Source: Nitrosopumilus sp. (lineage in GTDB: Archaea; Thermoproteota; Nitrososphaeria; Nitrososphaerales; Nitrosopumilaceae). Taken from it: DNA of 64,000 nucleotides. The notes beneath the pieces were generated by a model. It was not told the DNA's origin and did not search any database. It was given only the letters and a program-made list of their open reading frames with translations. Shown here piece by piece: positions 37,356-45,731 of the stretch (its first letter is position 1; each line of letters starts with the position of its first letter). The stretch covers positions 672,001 through 736,000 of the forward strand of contig OZ252243.1 of the NCBI GenBank assembly GCA_965249555.1, read 5' to 3'. A program made the position numbers and the translations under genes.

Positions 37356-38471
37356 GTGAATACAAAAAGAAGGAATTCAGATAGCATAGGAAATGAATCT
37401 AATTCCAAGATTCGTAATTCATCGTATTCCAAGAAAAGTCCAAAGAAACAGATTAGGGGAAAAAAAGACAAGGGCATGTATGTTGGCATTGACTTGCACA
37501 AGAAATTTCTTCAAGTGGCAACAATGGATAATGACGGAAAGATATTACAAAACATAAAAGTTGAGAACACTCATGAATCAATCAGGAAACATTTTACAGA
37601 CATACCGATTCATGCAAACATTGTCATGGAATCATCATCAGTTTGGTATAACACGTATAGATTTCTTACAGATGAATTGGGATACAAAAACGTAATACTG
37701 TCAAACCCGTATCTTACAAAGGCAATAGCTGCATCAAAAAAGAAGACAGACAAGATTGATGCCAGGATACTGGCAGATCTTTTGCGCGGGGGATACATTG
37801 CAACATGTCATGTTCCAAACAAAAAGATAGTAAAACATCGCCAGCTGGTAAGATACAGAAAAAAACTCATTCAGTGGAGAACATCTCTCAAAAATTCTGT
37901 CCATGGAATTTTGTTGCAGGAGGGAATCAAGATACCAGGAGTCACGTTCACTGTAACATACAACAGAAGACTCACCTCCCTAGGTGACTATCGCATAGAC
38001 GGATTCGTACGACAGATAGACTATCTTAATCTGCAAATTGAAGATATTAATTCAAGAGTGTATGCTGCTGTAAATGCCAGTCCTGATGCCATGATAATAA
38101 AATCAATACCCGGAATTGGTGACTACTCGTCACTAGTTATCGCATCAGAAATTGCAAATATTGACAGATTCAACAACTCTCACAAGTTATGCGCATATGC
38201 AGGAGTCGTGCCATCAGTCAGAAACTCTGCAGACACGATACATCATGGCCGTATAACCAAAAGAGGAAGCATGACACTACGATGGGTCCTTATCCAATGC
38301 GTCCATTCTCATGCAATACATGCCAAGAACAGTGACATTACAAAATTTTACAATCGCATTAAAAAGAAGAGAGGCTCATCAAAGGCCGCAGTTGCCGCAT
38401 CATCAAAGATCCTGCGAGTGATTTACTGGATGCTAAAAGAGAGGAGAGAATTTGTACAGAATTACAGTTAG
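37356..38471 (+). CDS. IS110-family DEDD transposase/recombinase
   Basis: MYVGIDLHK, VMESS, KKTDKIDA (DEDD RuvC-like domain); SIPGIG...EIANIDRF...LCAYAGVVPSVRNSA (Transposase_20 domain with Ser). Confidence 0.95.
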   Translation: MNTKRRNSDSIGNESNSKIRNSSYSKKSPKKQIRGKKDKGMYVGIDLHKKFLQVATMDNDGKILQNIKVENTHESIRKHFTDIPIHANIVMESSSVWYNTYRFLTDELGYKNVILSNPYLTKAIAASKKKTDKIDARILADLLRGGYIATCHVPNKKIVKHRQLVRYRKKLIQWRTSLKNSVHGILLQEGIKIPGVTFTVTYNRRLTSLGDYRIDGFVRQIDYLNLQIEDINSRVYAAVNASPDAMIIKSIPGIGDYSSLVIASEIANIDRFNNSHKLCAYAGVVPSVRNSADTIHHGRITKRGSMTLRWVLIQCVHSHAIHAKNSDITKFYNRIKKKRGSSKAAVAASSKILRVIYWMLKERREFVQNYS

Positions 38472-38650
38472 GACTGCAAGTCGCGTTTGGTATGTTGAGG
38501 GACAGGCCTCGGTTGATAACTGCGGATAGGTCCTAACGAAGGGATGAAGATAGCATTGAGGAAGAAGCCTCGTATGGATACATGTCCGTCATCTTTTGTT
38601 TGAAAGCATTCCCTAGCGAAAGCTATGCCTTGGGATGTAAAAAAGTAGGA
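38467..38650 (+). ncRNA. Predicted bridge RNA/seekRNA of the IS110 element: target-binding loop, donor-binding loop, 3' GNRA hairpin
   Basis: Stem GTTAGGAC (38467-74)/GTCCTAAC (38530-37) encloses GGTATGT-t-GAGG..CCTC-GGTTGATAACT. Stem GGGATGA/TCATCTT encloses ATAGCAT-t-GAGG..CCTC-gtATGGATACAT. TAGC-GAAA-GCTA hairpin follows. Confidence 0.8.
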
Positions 38651-38682
38651 AATGTATAAAAACAATTCACATGGATACATAC

Positions 38683-39062
38683 CTAATTTTTCCTTGTTCT
38701 CCTCAAAGACTATGTTGTCGTATTGGATTTTGTGTTTGTTTAGAAATTTCTCAACACCCTTGCTGTGTATGGGATTGTTGGTTACTATATCCACACCATC
38801 ATACATCTCTGATAGTATCCTTATCTTTTGTTCCAGCATCAGCTCTGTCGGCTCTAGCGTATCCCACTGCTCCCAGCACTGCGAATATCCCGCGTGCATC
38901 ATCATATGTCATGTTGAATTTTCTGTAAAAACCAAACTCGCTTATCTTGTTATATGACAGTTTCAAGTCGGAATATTTTGCAGAATAGTCCATGTTGAAT
39001 ATTGAGATCCATTTTTTTATCGTATTTGATAGTACACCATCAAAGTCTACGGCTATACTCAT
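38683..39062 (-). pseudogene. HAD-family 5'(3')-deoxyribonucleotidase-like gene, frameshifted and 3'-truncated by the IS66/IS110 insertion
   Basis: MSIAVDFDGVL (HAD motif I). It continues in another frame (CWEQWDTLEP...VDIVTN...YDNIVF) up to the IS boundary. Confidence 0.75.
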
Positions 39063-39119
39063 GTTATTTGTTAGAATATTTTAAAAATTATTTGTAAAAA
39101 ATACTAAATATTTTTTAAA

Positions 39120-39920
39120 TTAACCAATACTAGACCTTATTTCTTGTATTTTTTCTTCTTGAAATTCGGGATGAATTATTGGGATTTTATTCATATTGAT
39201 ATACTCAATTGACTGTTTTGCGGTATTAGATAATTCATTCTCAGTTAGTTTGATGGTGCTAAATATCAATGGCTTGTTTCTTTTGTATTTTTCTGATTCT
39301 ATAAGAGCCTTCATTTCATATAAAAATAGTTTAAAACTTTCAAATAAACTACTTTCAGAAAAATTGAATATATCTATGGTATTTACCAATTCATCGTCAT
39401 TCATAAAAGCAAAATCACGTATTTGTGGAATTCCAGAAATTGTGTCTATTTCAAACTTTTCTTCACAAGTTTTTTCAGGAAATTTTAATTTTTGAATATG
39501 TTGTTTTAGTTTGGTTCGAATTTTTGTAACAGAGATGAATTCTTCCAAAATTTGTTTTTTATCAGGAACACTTATCATTTTATCAAATACTTGTTGCAAT
39601 GTAATGTCAATTTCTTTTGTATTTACTTTGATTGGTTCAGAATAAAATATACTGCCATGAAAAGAATCATGAAGTTGCCATAAATAATCGATGGACTCCA
39701 CTTGTAAGACTGGCTTATAATTCTCAAATGATCTTTCCAATCCATGGATTTTTTCAACTCCTAACCTTTTAAAAAATTCATCAAAATTTGCCATGTATTT
39801 ATTATGAATTTTTTTATTTTGTTTATCAAGTAATGATATTCCGATGTTTACAGGTTCAAATCGCACTATATCTGGAACATACTTTATTACTGAAAATTCG
39901 CACTCTGTCATATTTATCAC
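39120..39920 (-). CDS. DUF3037-domain protein
   Basis: FSVIKYVPDIVRFEPVNIGI matches the DUF3037 N-terminal motif; overlaps the kinase stop codon. Confidence 0.8.
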   Translation of the reverse strand: MINMTECEFSVIKYVPDIVRFEPVNIGISLLDKQNKKIHNKYMANFDEFFKRLGVEKIHGLERSFENYKPVLQVESIDYLWQLHDSFHGSIFYSEPIKVNTKEIDITLQQVFDKMISVPDKKQILEEFISVTKIRTKLKQHIQKLKFPEKTCEEKFEIDTISGIPQIRDFAFMNDDELVNTIDIFNFSESSLFESFKLFLYEMKALIESEKYKRNKPLIFSTIKLTENELSNTAKQSIEYINMNKIPIIHPEFQEEKIQEIRSSIG

Positions 39921-40735
39921 GGTAATGATGGTAGTTTGTCTATATTAAGTCGTATGTGTTCATTTGCCATATCTTTTGTAAATTTTGTTAATAAAATCTC
40001 CACATTATTGATGTACTCTTCGTAACCGTTTCCCCAACTTGTAGGAATTTTTTTAATAATGTCTGGAATTATGTTTGCTAAATCAACAGTTCTATTAATT
40101 CCACGATCAAATAATCTAAATTTATCAATATGATCTACAACAAAATGCATTTGATGCAACGTTCGTTTCATTGCTCGCAATCCTCGAATGTCTGTTTTTA
40201 TATTGGGATTTCTCTGAAAAGCTAAATCATGATCAAACAAATAATAATCAACTTTATCAGTTAATATCTCATTCTCTAATAAACAAATATTATTATCATG
40301 TCTATCAAAATTCTCAATGTATTTATCAAAAATAATAAAATCAGGAATCTGTCTAAAATTTCCTATCATGTCTTTATCAATCATCTTTCCTTGTATTTTA
40401 TAGGAATTCACAGTTTCAAAAGGTTGAAGATAAACTTGAGCAAAGTGCTCACCAGAACAAAATTCAGATAATTTTTTATTACTGTCAATTAATTCTTGAG
40501 AAACATTTGCAATGACAGGTTCAAACATTGGTAATTCTAATTCTAAACCTATAAGATTACAAACTAATTCATTTATTCCAATTCTTGCATCATTATATTT
40601 ATTGAATTTTACCTGGTAAGATTCATTATCATCTCCTATCATCACTGTAGGGTGATTAAGACTGCCATACTGTTCGTTGTCTATAACCCACGACATATCC
40701 ACATGTTTAATTTCATAAGAATCGATAAAATTCAT
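39917..40735 (-). CDS. HipA-like (HipA_2) Ser/Thr kinase
   Basis: YQVK, INELVCNLIG, FDKYIENFDRHDNNI, LFDHDLAF. Start set at ATG 40735; the ORF track extends to 40834. Confidence 0.85.
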   Translation of the reverse strand: MNFIDSYEIKHVDMSWVIDNEQYGSLNHPTVMIGDDNESYQVKFNKYNDARIGINELVCNLIGLELELPMFEPVIANVSQELIDSNKKLSEFCSGEHFAQVYLQPFETVNSYKIQGKMIDKDMIGNFRQIPDFIIFDKYIENFDRHDNNICLLENEILTDKVDYYLFDHDLAFQRNPNIKTDIRGLRAMKRTLHQMHFVVDHIDKFRLFDRGINRTVDLANIIPDIIKKIPTSWGNGYEEYINNVEILLTKFTKDMANEHIRLNIDKLPSLP

Positions 40736-40836
40736 GTTATGATACGAATTTAAAAAATACAACAATATTAAATTTTGTTGGTTTTTTATCGAAAAAAGAT
40801 CGATTGGGTTTATTAAAAAATATTGAATTTGCAAAG

Positions 40837-41652
40837 TTACTGAAAGCCTTTTCTTGCCAAATAGTCTGCAACTATCTTTTGTGCATACTCTGCGGGCTCC
40901 ATGTCATTCTCTCTGGATATCTTGGATAACCCTTTGGCATGACTCTTGGATATCTTTAGTGACAGATTCTGTCTTGCCCTGAAAGAGTTTGCCAGCTTTT
41001 GAATATCAGAGTGCTCTGCATTTCCCAATTTTTCCAATGCATCAATGTATCTCTTTTTTTGGAAGGAATCATATTTTTTTATTCTCTCAACTATCTCTAT
41101 TGCCTTGTATGGGGCGGTGACTACCTTGCAGATTCTGATTGCATCCCGTTTGGATAGGACCTGGGGCACCATATCTCGTACCATATCTGGTACCACGGCA
41201 AATCCGAGATACTCCCTAAATGTTGCAGGTTTTATTCCCAATATCTGTGCAGCCTCGCTCTTTCCCATCTTTTCTGCCAAGAACTGGCACGATGCTACCA
41301 TCTCATTTGTAGTCATGTCCTTTCTGTGCATGTTCTCAATTATTGATGCCGCCTTTGCATCCTGTATGTTGCAGGAGCTGTTCTTGGATAGTATCAGTAC
41401 TGGAATGGTCTTTGAGCCAAGTCTTTTTAGCGCTGCAAGTCTTCTCTGGCCTGACATTAGCAGGTAGGAGTTGTTCCCATTCCTCTGAACCATTGGCGGG
41501 TTTTGCAGTCCTTCCTGTGCTATGGAGCGTGCAAGGGAGTCAATGTCGGTATTATCCAATGTCCTTGCCTGTGCCTCCTTCCATATTGTGATTGTATCGA
41601 TTGGAACTTCCTTTAACGAATAGGATATCGGGTTTTCTTTTATTTTCTGCAA
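40837..41652 (-). CDS. ParB/Srx N-terminal domain protein with HTH and short C-terminal DNA-binding-like tail
   Basis: LARSIAQEGLQNPPMV, LMSGQRRLAALKRLG, IIENMHRKDM. Confidence 0.85.
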   Translation of the reverse strand: MQKIKENPISYSLKEVPIDTITIWKEAQARTLDNTDIDSLARSIAQEGLQNPPMVQRNGNNSYLLMSGQRRLAALKRLGSKTIPVLILSKNSSCNIQDAKAASIIENMHRKDMTTNEMVASCQFLAEKMGKSEAAQILGIKPATFREYLGFAVVPDMVRDMVPQVLSKRDAIRICKVVTAPYKAIEIVERIKKYDSFQKKRYIDALEKLGNAEHSDIQKLANSFRARQNLSLKISKSHAKGLSKISRENDMEPAEYAQKIVADYLARKGFQ

Positions 41653-41735
41653 TATTTATCTGTGAATATTTCTTCCTTGATATTGATAAATCTTTGTCTC
41701 TCTTGTCAGATTCAAATTATTTGATGTGTTGATAT

Positions 41736-42152
41736 TCACTTTCTTTTTTGATTGTATTTGCTATCTTTGCCAGTCAGAACATCCACATACTTGTGAACCC
41801 ATCTGTAATCAGGCAGGCAAAACCCGGATGTTTTTCCGGTCTTTGTAGTTTCTGACTTTTTCATCTGTTCATCAATGTCTTCTCTTAATTCTGTGAGATC
41901 TCTGCATTTTTTGATTTTTTCTTCCATAGATACAACCTCATCTGCATATGATATTTTCAAATTAATCAAATCCATATGTGCTGCTTTTAATTCTGTCTCA
42001 ATTTTGGATATGTTGTGTTGAATTTTTTGGTCTGAATCAGATGGTTGTAAGCTCTTTGCATGTGTGACTCTTCTTTTAATTTCACAAAACGCTACAATGA
42101 CCATCGGCATGAGCACTGTCTCAATCAGCAAAAATAAAATCTCTGACATCAT
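41736..42152 (-). CDS. Hypothetical protein: N-terminal TM helix plus coiled coil
   Basis: Hydrophobic first 24 aa, then a heptad-rich region. Confidence 0.55.
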   Translation of the reverse strand: MMSEILFLLIETVLMPMVIVAFCEIKRRVTHAKSLQPSDSDQKIQHNISKIETELKAAHMDLINLKISYADEVVSMEEKIKKCRDLTELREDIDEQMKKSETTKTGKTSGFCLPDYRWVHKYVDVLTGKDSKYNQKRK

Positions 42153-42231
42153 ACATTACCAAATGACTGACAATTCCCATTGATGGGGTTGAAAGATCTC
42201 TCTTGCAGAAAGTCTTGACATTTTTCTGGCT

Positions 42232-42471
42232 TTATTCTGATAACCCATGATGATCAAAGACTCCCAACTTTGTTTCGGTCTCCCTATCTTTCCTAGCTCT
42301 TTCTCTAGAACCCATATAGCGAGCTTTGGTTCTTAATAGATGTCCACAACATGGACATCTTGCTCCCTCACATTTGATATACATCTCACATACTTTGCAA
42401 CGTTTCCGTCCACCATCATATCGTGTACCTTTTTCTGTTACCCTATATCTGATGCAAATTCCCTTACAAGC
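42232..42471 (-). pseudogene. Thaumarchaeal small Cys-rich zinc-finger protein lacking its start codon (abuts IS110 fragment)
   Basis: Manual translation: ACKGICIRYRVTEKGTRYDGGRKRCKVCEMYIKCEGARCPCCGHLLRTKAR... Confidence 0.75.
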
Positions 42472-43161
42472 TAGGTGACTATCGCATAGACGGATTCGTA
42501 CGACAGATAGACTATCTTAATCTGCAAATTGCAGTGATTAATTCAAGAGTGTATGCTGCTGTAAAGACCAGTCCTGATGCCATGATAATAAAATCAATAC
42601 CAGGAATTGGTGACTAATCACTAGTTATCGCATCAGAAATTGCAGATATTACCAGATTCAATGACTCTCACAAGTTATGCGCATATGCACGAGTCGTGCC
42701 ATCAGTCAGAAACTCTGCAGACACGATACACCATGGCAGCATAACCAAAAGAGGAAGCATGACACTACGATGGGTCCTTGTCCAATGCGTCCATTCTCAT
42801 GCAATACATGCCAAGAACAGTGACATTACAAAATTTTACAATCGCATTAAAAAGAAGAGAGGCTCATCAAAAGATGTAGTTGCCGCATCATCAAAGATCC
42901 TGCGAGTGATTTACTGGATGCTAAAAGAGAGAATTTGTACAGAATTACAGTTAGGACTGCAAGTCGCGTTTTGTATGTTGAGGGACAGGCCTCGGTTGAT
43001 AACTGCGGATAGGTCCTAACGAAGGGATGAAGATAGCAATTGAGGAATAAGCCTCGTATGGATACATGTCCGTCATCTTTTGATTGAAAGCATTCTCCAG
43101 CGAAGGCTATGCCTTGGGATGCAAAAAAGTGGGAAATGTATAAAAACAATTCACATGGATA
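42471..43161 (+). mobile_element. 5'-truncated, frameshifted IS110 copy retaining the full non-coding end (second bridge-RNA copy at ~42950-43135)
   Basis: High identity to 37980-38677; ends ATTCACATGGA-TA followed by CATAC. Confidence 0.9.
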
Positions 43162-43167
43162 CATACA

Positions 43168-43401
43168 TTATTTTTCATTATTATAAAGATGGTCAAAAAA
43201 TTCATCACGTAAATTCATATCTTCAAGATCAGGTTTAAGCCTTGACCAAGGAATAACTTCTTGATCAATATCTAAAATTAATTCTTGATTGAAAGTTGTA
43301 TGATTTAAGATCATGATATTAGGAGTGCCTTTCCATTCACTAAAACCGATTCTTTGAAAAACTTTTCTTACAATGGATACACAATATTCATCACGATTCA
43401 T
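43168..43401 (-). CDS. HicA-like small protein (divergent)
   Basis: Size, IVRKVFQRIGF helix and position next to hicB. Lacks the usual GSH motif. Confidence 0.45.
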   Translation of the reverse strand: MNRDEYCVSIVRKVFQRIGFSEWKGTPNIMILNHTTFNQELILDIDQEVIPWSRLKPDLEDMNLRDEFFDHLYNNEK

Positions 43402-43406
43402 TTTAA

Positions 43407-43610
43407 TTAACTCACATCTACAGTATTAATTGATTCTAATTGGCTTTTTAGTTCAGGGTGTTTCTCCATGTATAATTTTATAGCTTCTGGGATTTTCTTT
43501 GTTGCTTCTTCTCTTGTTTTGCCAAACACTCTAACAGGTCTCATTGATGGACAATATGCAATATATCCATCACTGCCTGCAAGCTGTTCAACTTTGTATG
43601 TTATCTGCAT
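43407..43610 (-). CDS. hicB: HicB-family antitoxin (short, no DNA-binding domain)
   Basis: GYIAYCPSM...FGKTREEATKKIPEAIKLYME. Confidence 0.8.
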   Translation of the reverse strand: MQITYKVEQLAGSDGYIAYCPSMRPVRVFGKTREEATKKIPEAIKLYMEKHPELKSQLESINTVDVS

Positions 43611-43746
43611 ATTTCTAACCTCATTTTACCTGATATATAGTTGGATAGTCTTGTTTAAAACTTTTCAGGCTCTGGTCAATCTAGGTGATCTAGTATAGTG
43701 GTCAGAAGTGTCAAATATGGATCTTATTCGAATTGAAAATTTGCGT

Positions 43747-43893
43747 TCAGCCCAATGTAGTCTGATTTTTTTCTGTCATTTCTCGATATTTTTCTAAAAG
43801 AAACTCTAGTCTTTCATCGTCTGATTCAAATGGCTCTTTCCTGTATAATCTATCAACTGCCCTATCTAATGATCTGTGTGCTATCATCAGACC
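43747..43893 (-). pseudogene. C-terminal remnant of an MmeI-like type IIL restriction-modification enzyme
   Basis: Manual translation: LMIAHRSLDRAVDRLYRKEPFESDDERLEFLLEKYREM. Confidence 0.7.
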
Positions 43894-44085
43894 CAAAAAA
43901 CTGAAAAATAGAAAAATAAACTAATCTCAAAAAGAATTACAGCAATATTTGGGCATGAAAAATTTCTGAAGATTGTAATCTTATGGTGTATTGTGTATCA
44001 AACCCACAGGTTTTATGATAAAAAGTGGTAGTACTTTAACTAATCAACTCTAAATAATATTCATATTTATTTTTAATTTAACTTC

Positions 44086-44439
44086 CTATGAAAGCATGTT
44101 TCTGATTGAACTAATTGCCATATCTAGTTTTTTTGAATTCAGTTGACCTATTCTCTTTACTGCTGAATTTTTTTGTAATGTAAAGATATTCGAAAATTTT
44201 ATTCTGCTCTTTTTTTCAAGTGTACCGTCTAGCATATCTATTACATTTATCAAAATAGAATTGTTTTTGTTGCTTAGATTTGATGTGATTCCACAGCAAA
44301 TAAAATCTAATGACTTTTTGTTATGAGAAATATTTGAAATAATCAAAACCGGACGTAATTTTGACATGTCAGTAAAAGGAAATGGTACGAGTATTATTTC
44401 ACCCCGTTCAAACTTTATTCCAGATTTCATCTTCTTCAT
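44086..44439 (-). CDS. mazF: MazF/PemK-family toxin
   Basis: ERGEIILVPFPFTDMSKLRPVLIIS...CGITS. Confidence 0.9.
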   Translation of the reverse strand: MKKMKSGIKFERGEIILVPFPFTDMSKLRPVLIISNISHNKKSLDFICCGITSNLSNKNNSILINVIDMLDGTLEKKSRIKFSNIFTLQKNSAVKRIGQLNSKKLDMAISSIRNMLS

Positions 44440-44668
44440 TATCCCACAATTTTTTTGCAGTTTCTTCAGATAGTTTCAACAAGTCTTTAAAATCATCTTC
44501 CATCTGTTTTTCCAAAGTTGTGGCCTTTTGAATCAAAATCTTCTTGTTTTTTGTTATAAGTATTAACCTGTCCCCCTTTTTTATTCCCAACAATATTTGA
44601 ATTTCACGAGGAATTGCAATTTGGCCTTTATCTGATACATTAACTACCTTTAGAGTGGTTTTACTCAT
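44408..44668 (-). CDS. AbrB/MazE-family antitoxin
   Basis: VSDKGQIAIPREIQILLGIKKGDRL; acidic tail LWDNEEDEIWN; overlaps mazF. Start set at ATG 44668. Confidence 0.85.
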   Translation of the reverse strand: MSKTTLKVVNVSDKGQIAIPREIQILLGIKKGDRLILITKNKKILIQKATTLEKQMEDDFKDLLKLSEETAKKLWDNEEDEIWNKV

Positions 44669-44716
44669 ATGAATAGTAAGAAATTTCTTACTTATAAACA
44701 ACTGGTTTGAGATACC

Positions 44717-45481
44717 ATGAGATATTGTCAGTCTGCAAAAATAAAACTTATGTCAGTTATTATGCAATTAGACCTGATGTCCAAAACAATAATCATTTCA
44801 GATATTCACAATGACTATCTCACAGCAGAAAAAATAATCAAAAAAGAAAATCCTGACAAAATTGTCTTTTTGGGAGATTATTTTGATGACTTTGATGATA
44901 CTGTCCATGATGCAGAAAATACGGCCAAATGGCTCAAAAAATCATCATTACAAAAGAGTAGAATCCATCTTATTGGAAATCATGATATTAGTTACATGAC
45001 TGATAATCCAAACATCAAATGTACAGGTTACACAACAGACAAGCACAGAATAATCAAAAAGCATCACATTACCTGGAGTAAATTACTGATACATTACTGG
45101 TTAGATAATAATTGGTTATGCACTCACGCAGGACTCACAAATGACTTTTTCAAGCAGCAAAAAATGCAAAAGTCAGATTCCATACAAAAAGTACTAGGAT
45201 TTTCAAAAAAGGATCTAGAAAAAATTGATGACAAGAATTATACCCATTCTTTCTTTCAGGCAGGATTTTTTCGCGGAGGCTCAAACATGGTTGGAGGTCC
45301 ATTGTGGTGTGATTATGATGAATTTGCAGATATTCCCAGAATTAATCAAATTTTTGGACATACAAAAGGTGATGTCATACGACACAAAAAAACAAAAAAT
45401 TCAGAGCATTATTGTATTGATACTGGACTAAAACACTATGCAGTTTACCAAGATAATAAGATGGAAATTAAGTCAATTTAA
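44717..45481 (+). CDS. Calcineurin-like metallophosphoesterase
   Basis: SDIH, LGDYFD, IGNHD, THAG, FGHT, IDTG motifs. True start is probably MSKTIII. Confidence 0.9.
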   Translation: MRYCQSAKIKLMSVIMQLDLMSKTIIISDIHNDYLTAEKIIKKENPDKIVFLGDYFDDFDDTVHDAENTAKWLKKSSLQKSRIHLIGNHDISYMTDNPNIKCTGYTTDKHRIIKKHHITWSKLLIHYWLDNNWLCTHAGLTNDFFKQQKMQKSDSIQKVLGFSKKDLEKIDDKNYTHSFFQAGFFRGGSNMVGGPLWCDYDEFADIPRINQIFGHTKGDVIRHKKTKNSEHYCIDTGLKHYAVYQDNKMEIKSI

Positions 45482-45731
45482 CCTATTATTTTTTCATGAA
45501 TAAATGATTTACAATCCCTAAATCATTCTATCACAAAATGACAATATTAAAACAAATAATTAATGCCAAAAACAAGAATTCATGTAGTTAGAACGAATTA
45601 CAATGTTATCATACAACATAATTATCAATCATAAAACAACAGATTCCATAGTTAGATCAAATCTAAAAATAGATAATAGTTGGCTCTGGTCAGTTTTTTT
45701 TTAAAGCAAGACACGTTACAATCATATCAAA

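Larger units (their letters stand above)
37347..38677 (+). mobile_element. Complete IS110-family element (IS1111-type organisation: sub-terminal IRs, long downstream non-coding end), core dinucleotide TA
   Basis: Sub-terminal IR ATGTGAAT (37354-37361) / ATTCACAT (38665-38672). Removing the element restores GGTTGATACATAC, the IS66 left IR. Confidence 0.9.

Noticed and set aside
38468-38905. 145-aa ORF as a real gene (also 42847..43164)
   Set aside because: Chimera of the broken HAD gene and the antisense of the IS110 non-coding end; the second is purely antisense IS sequence.
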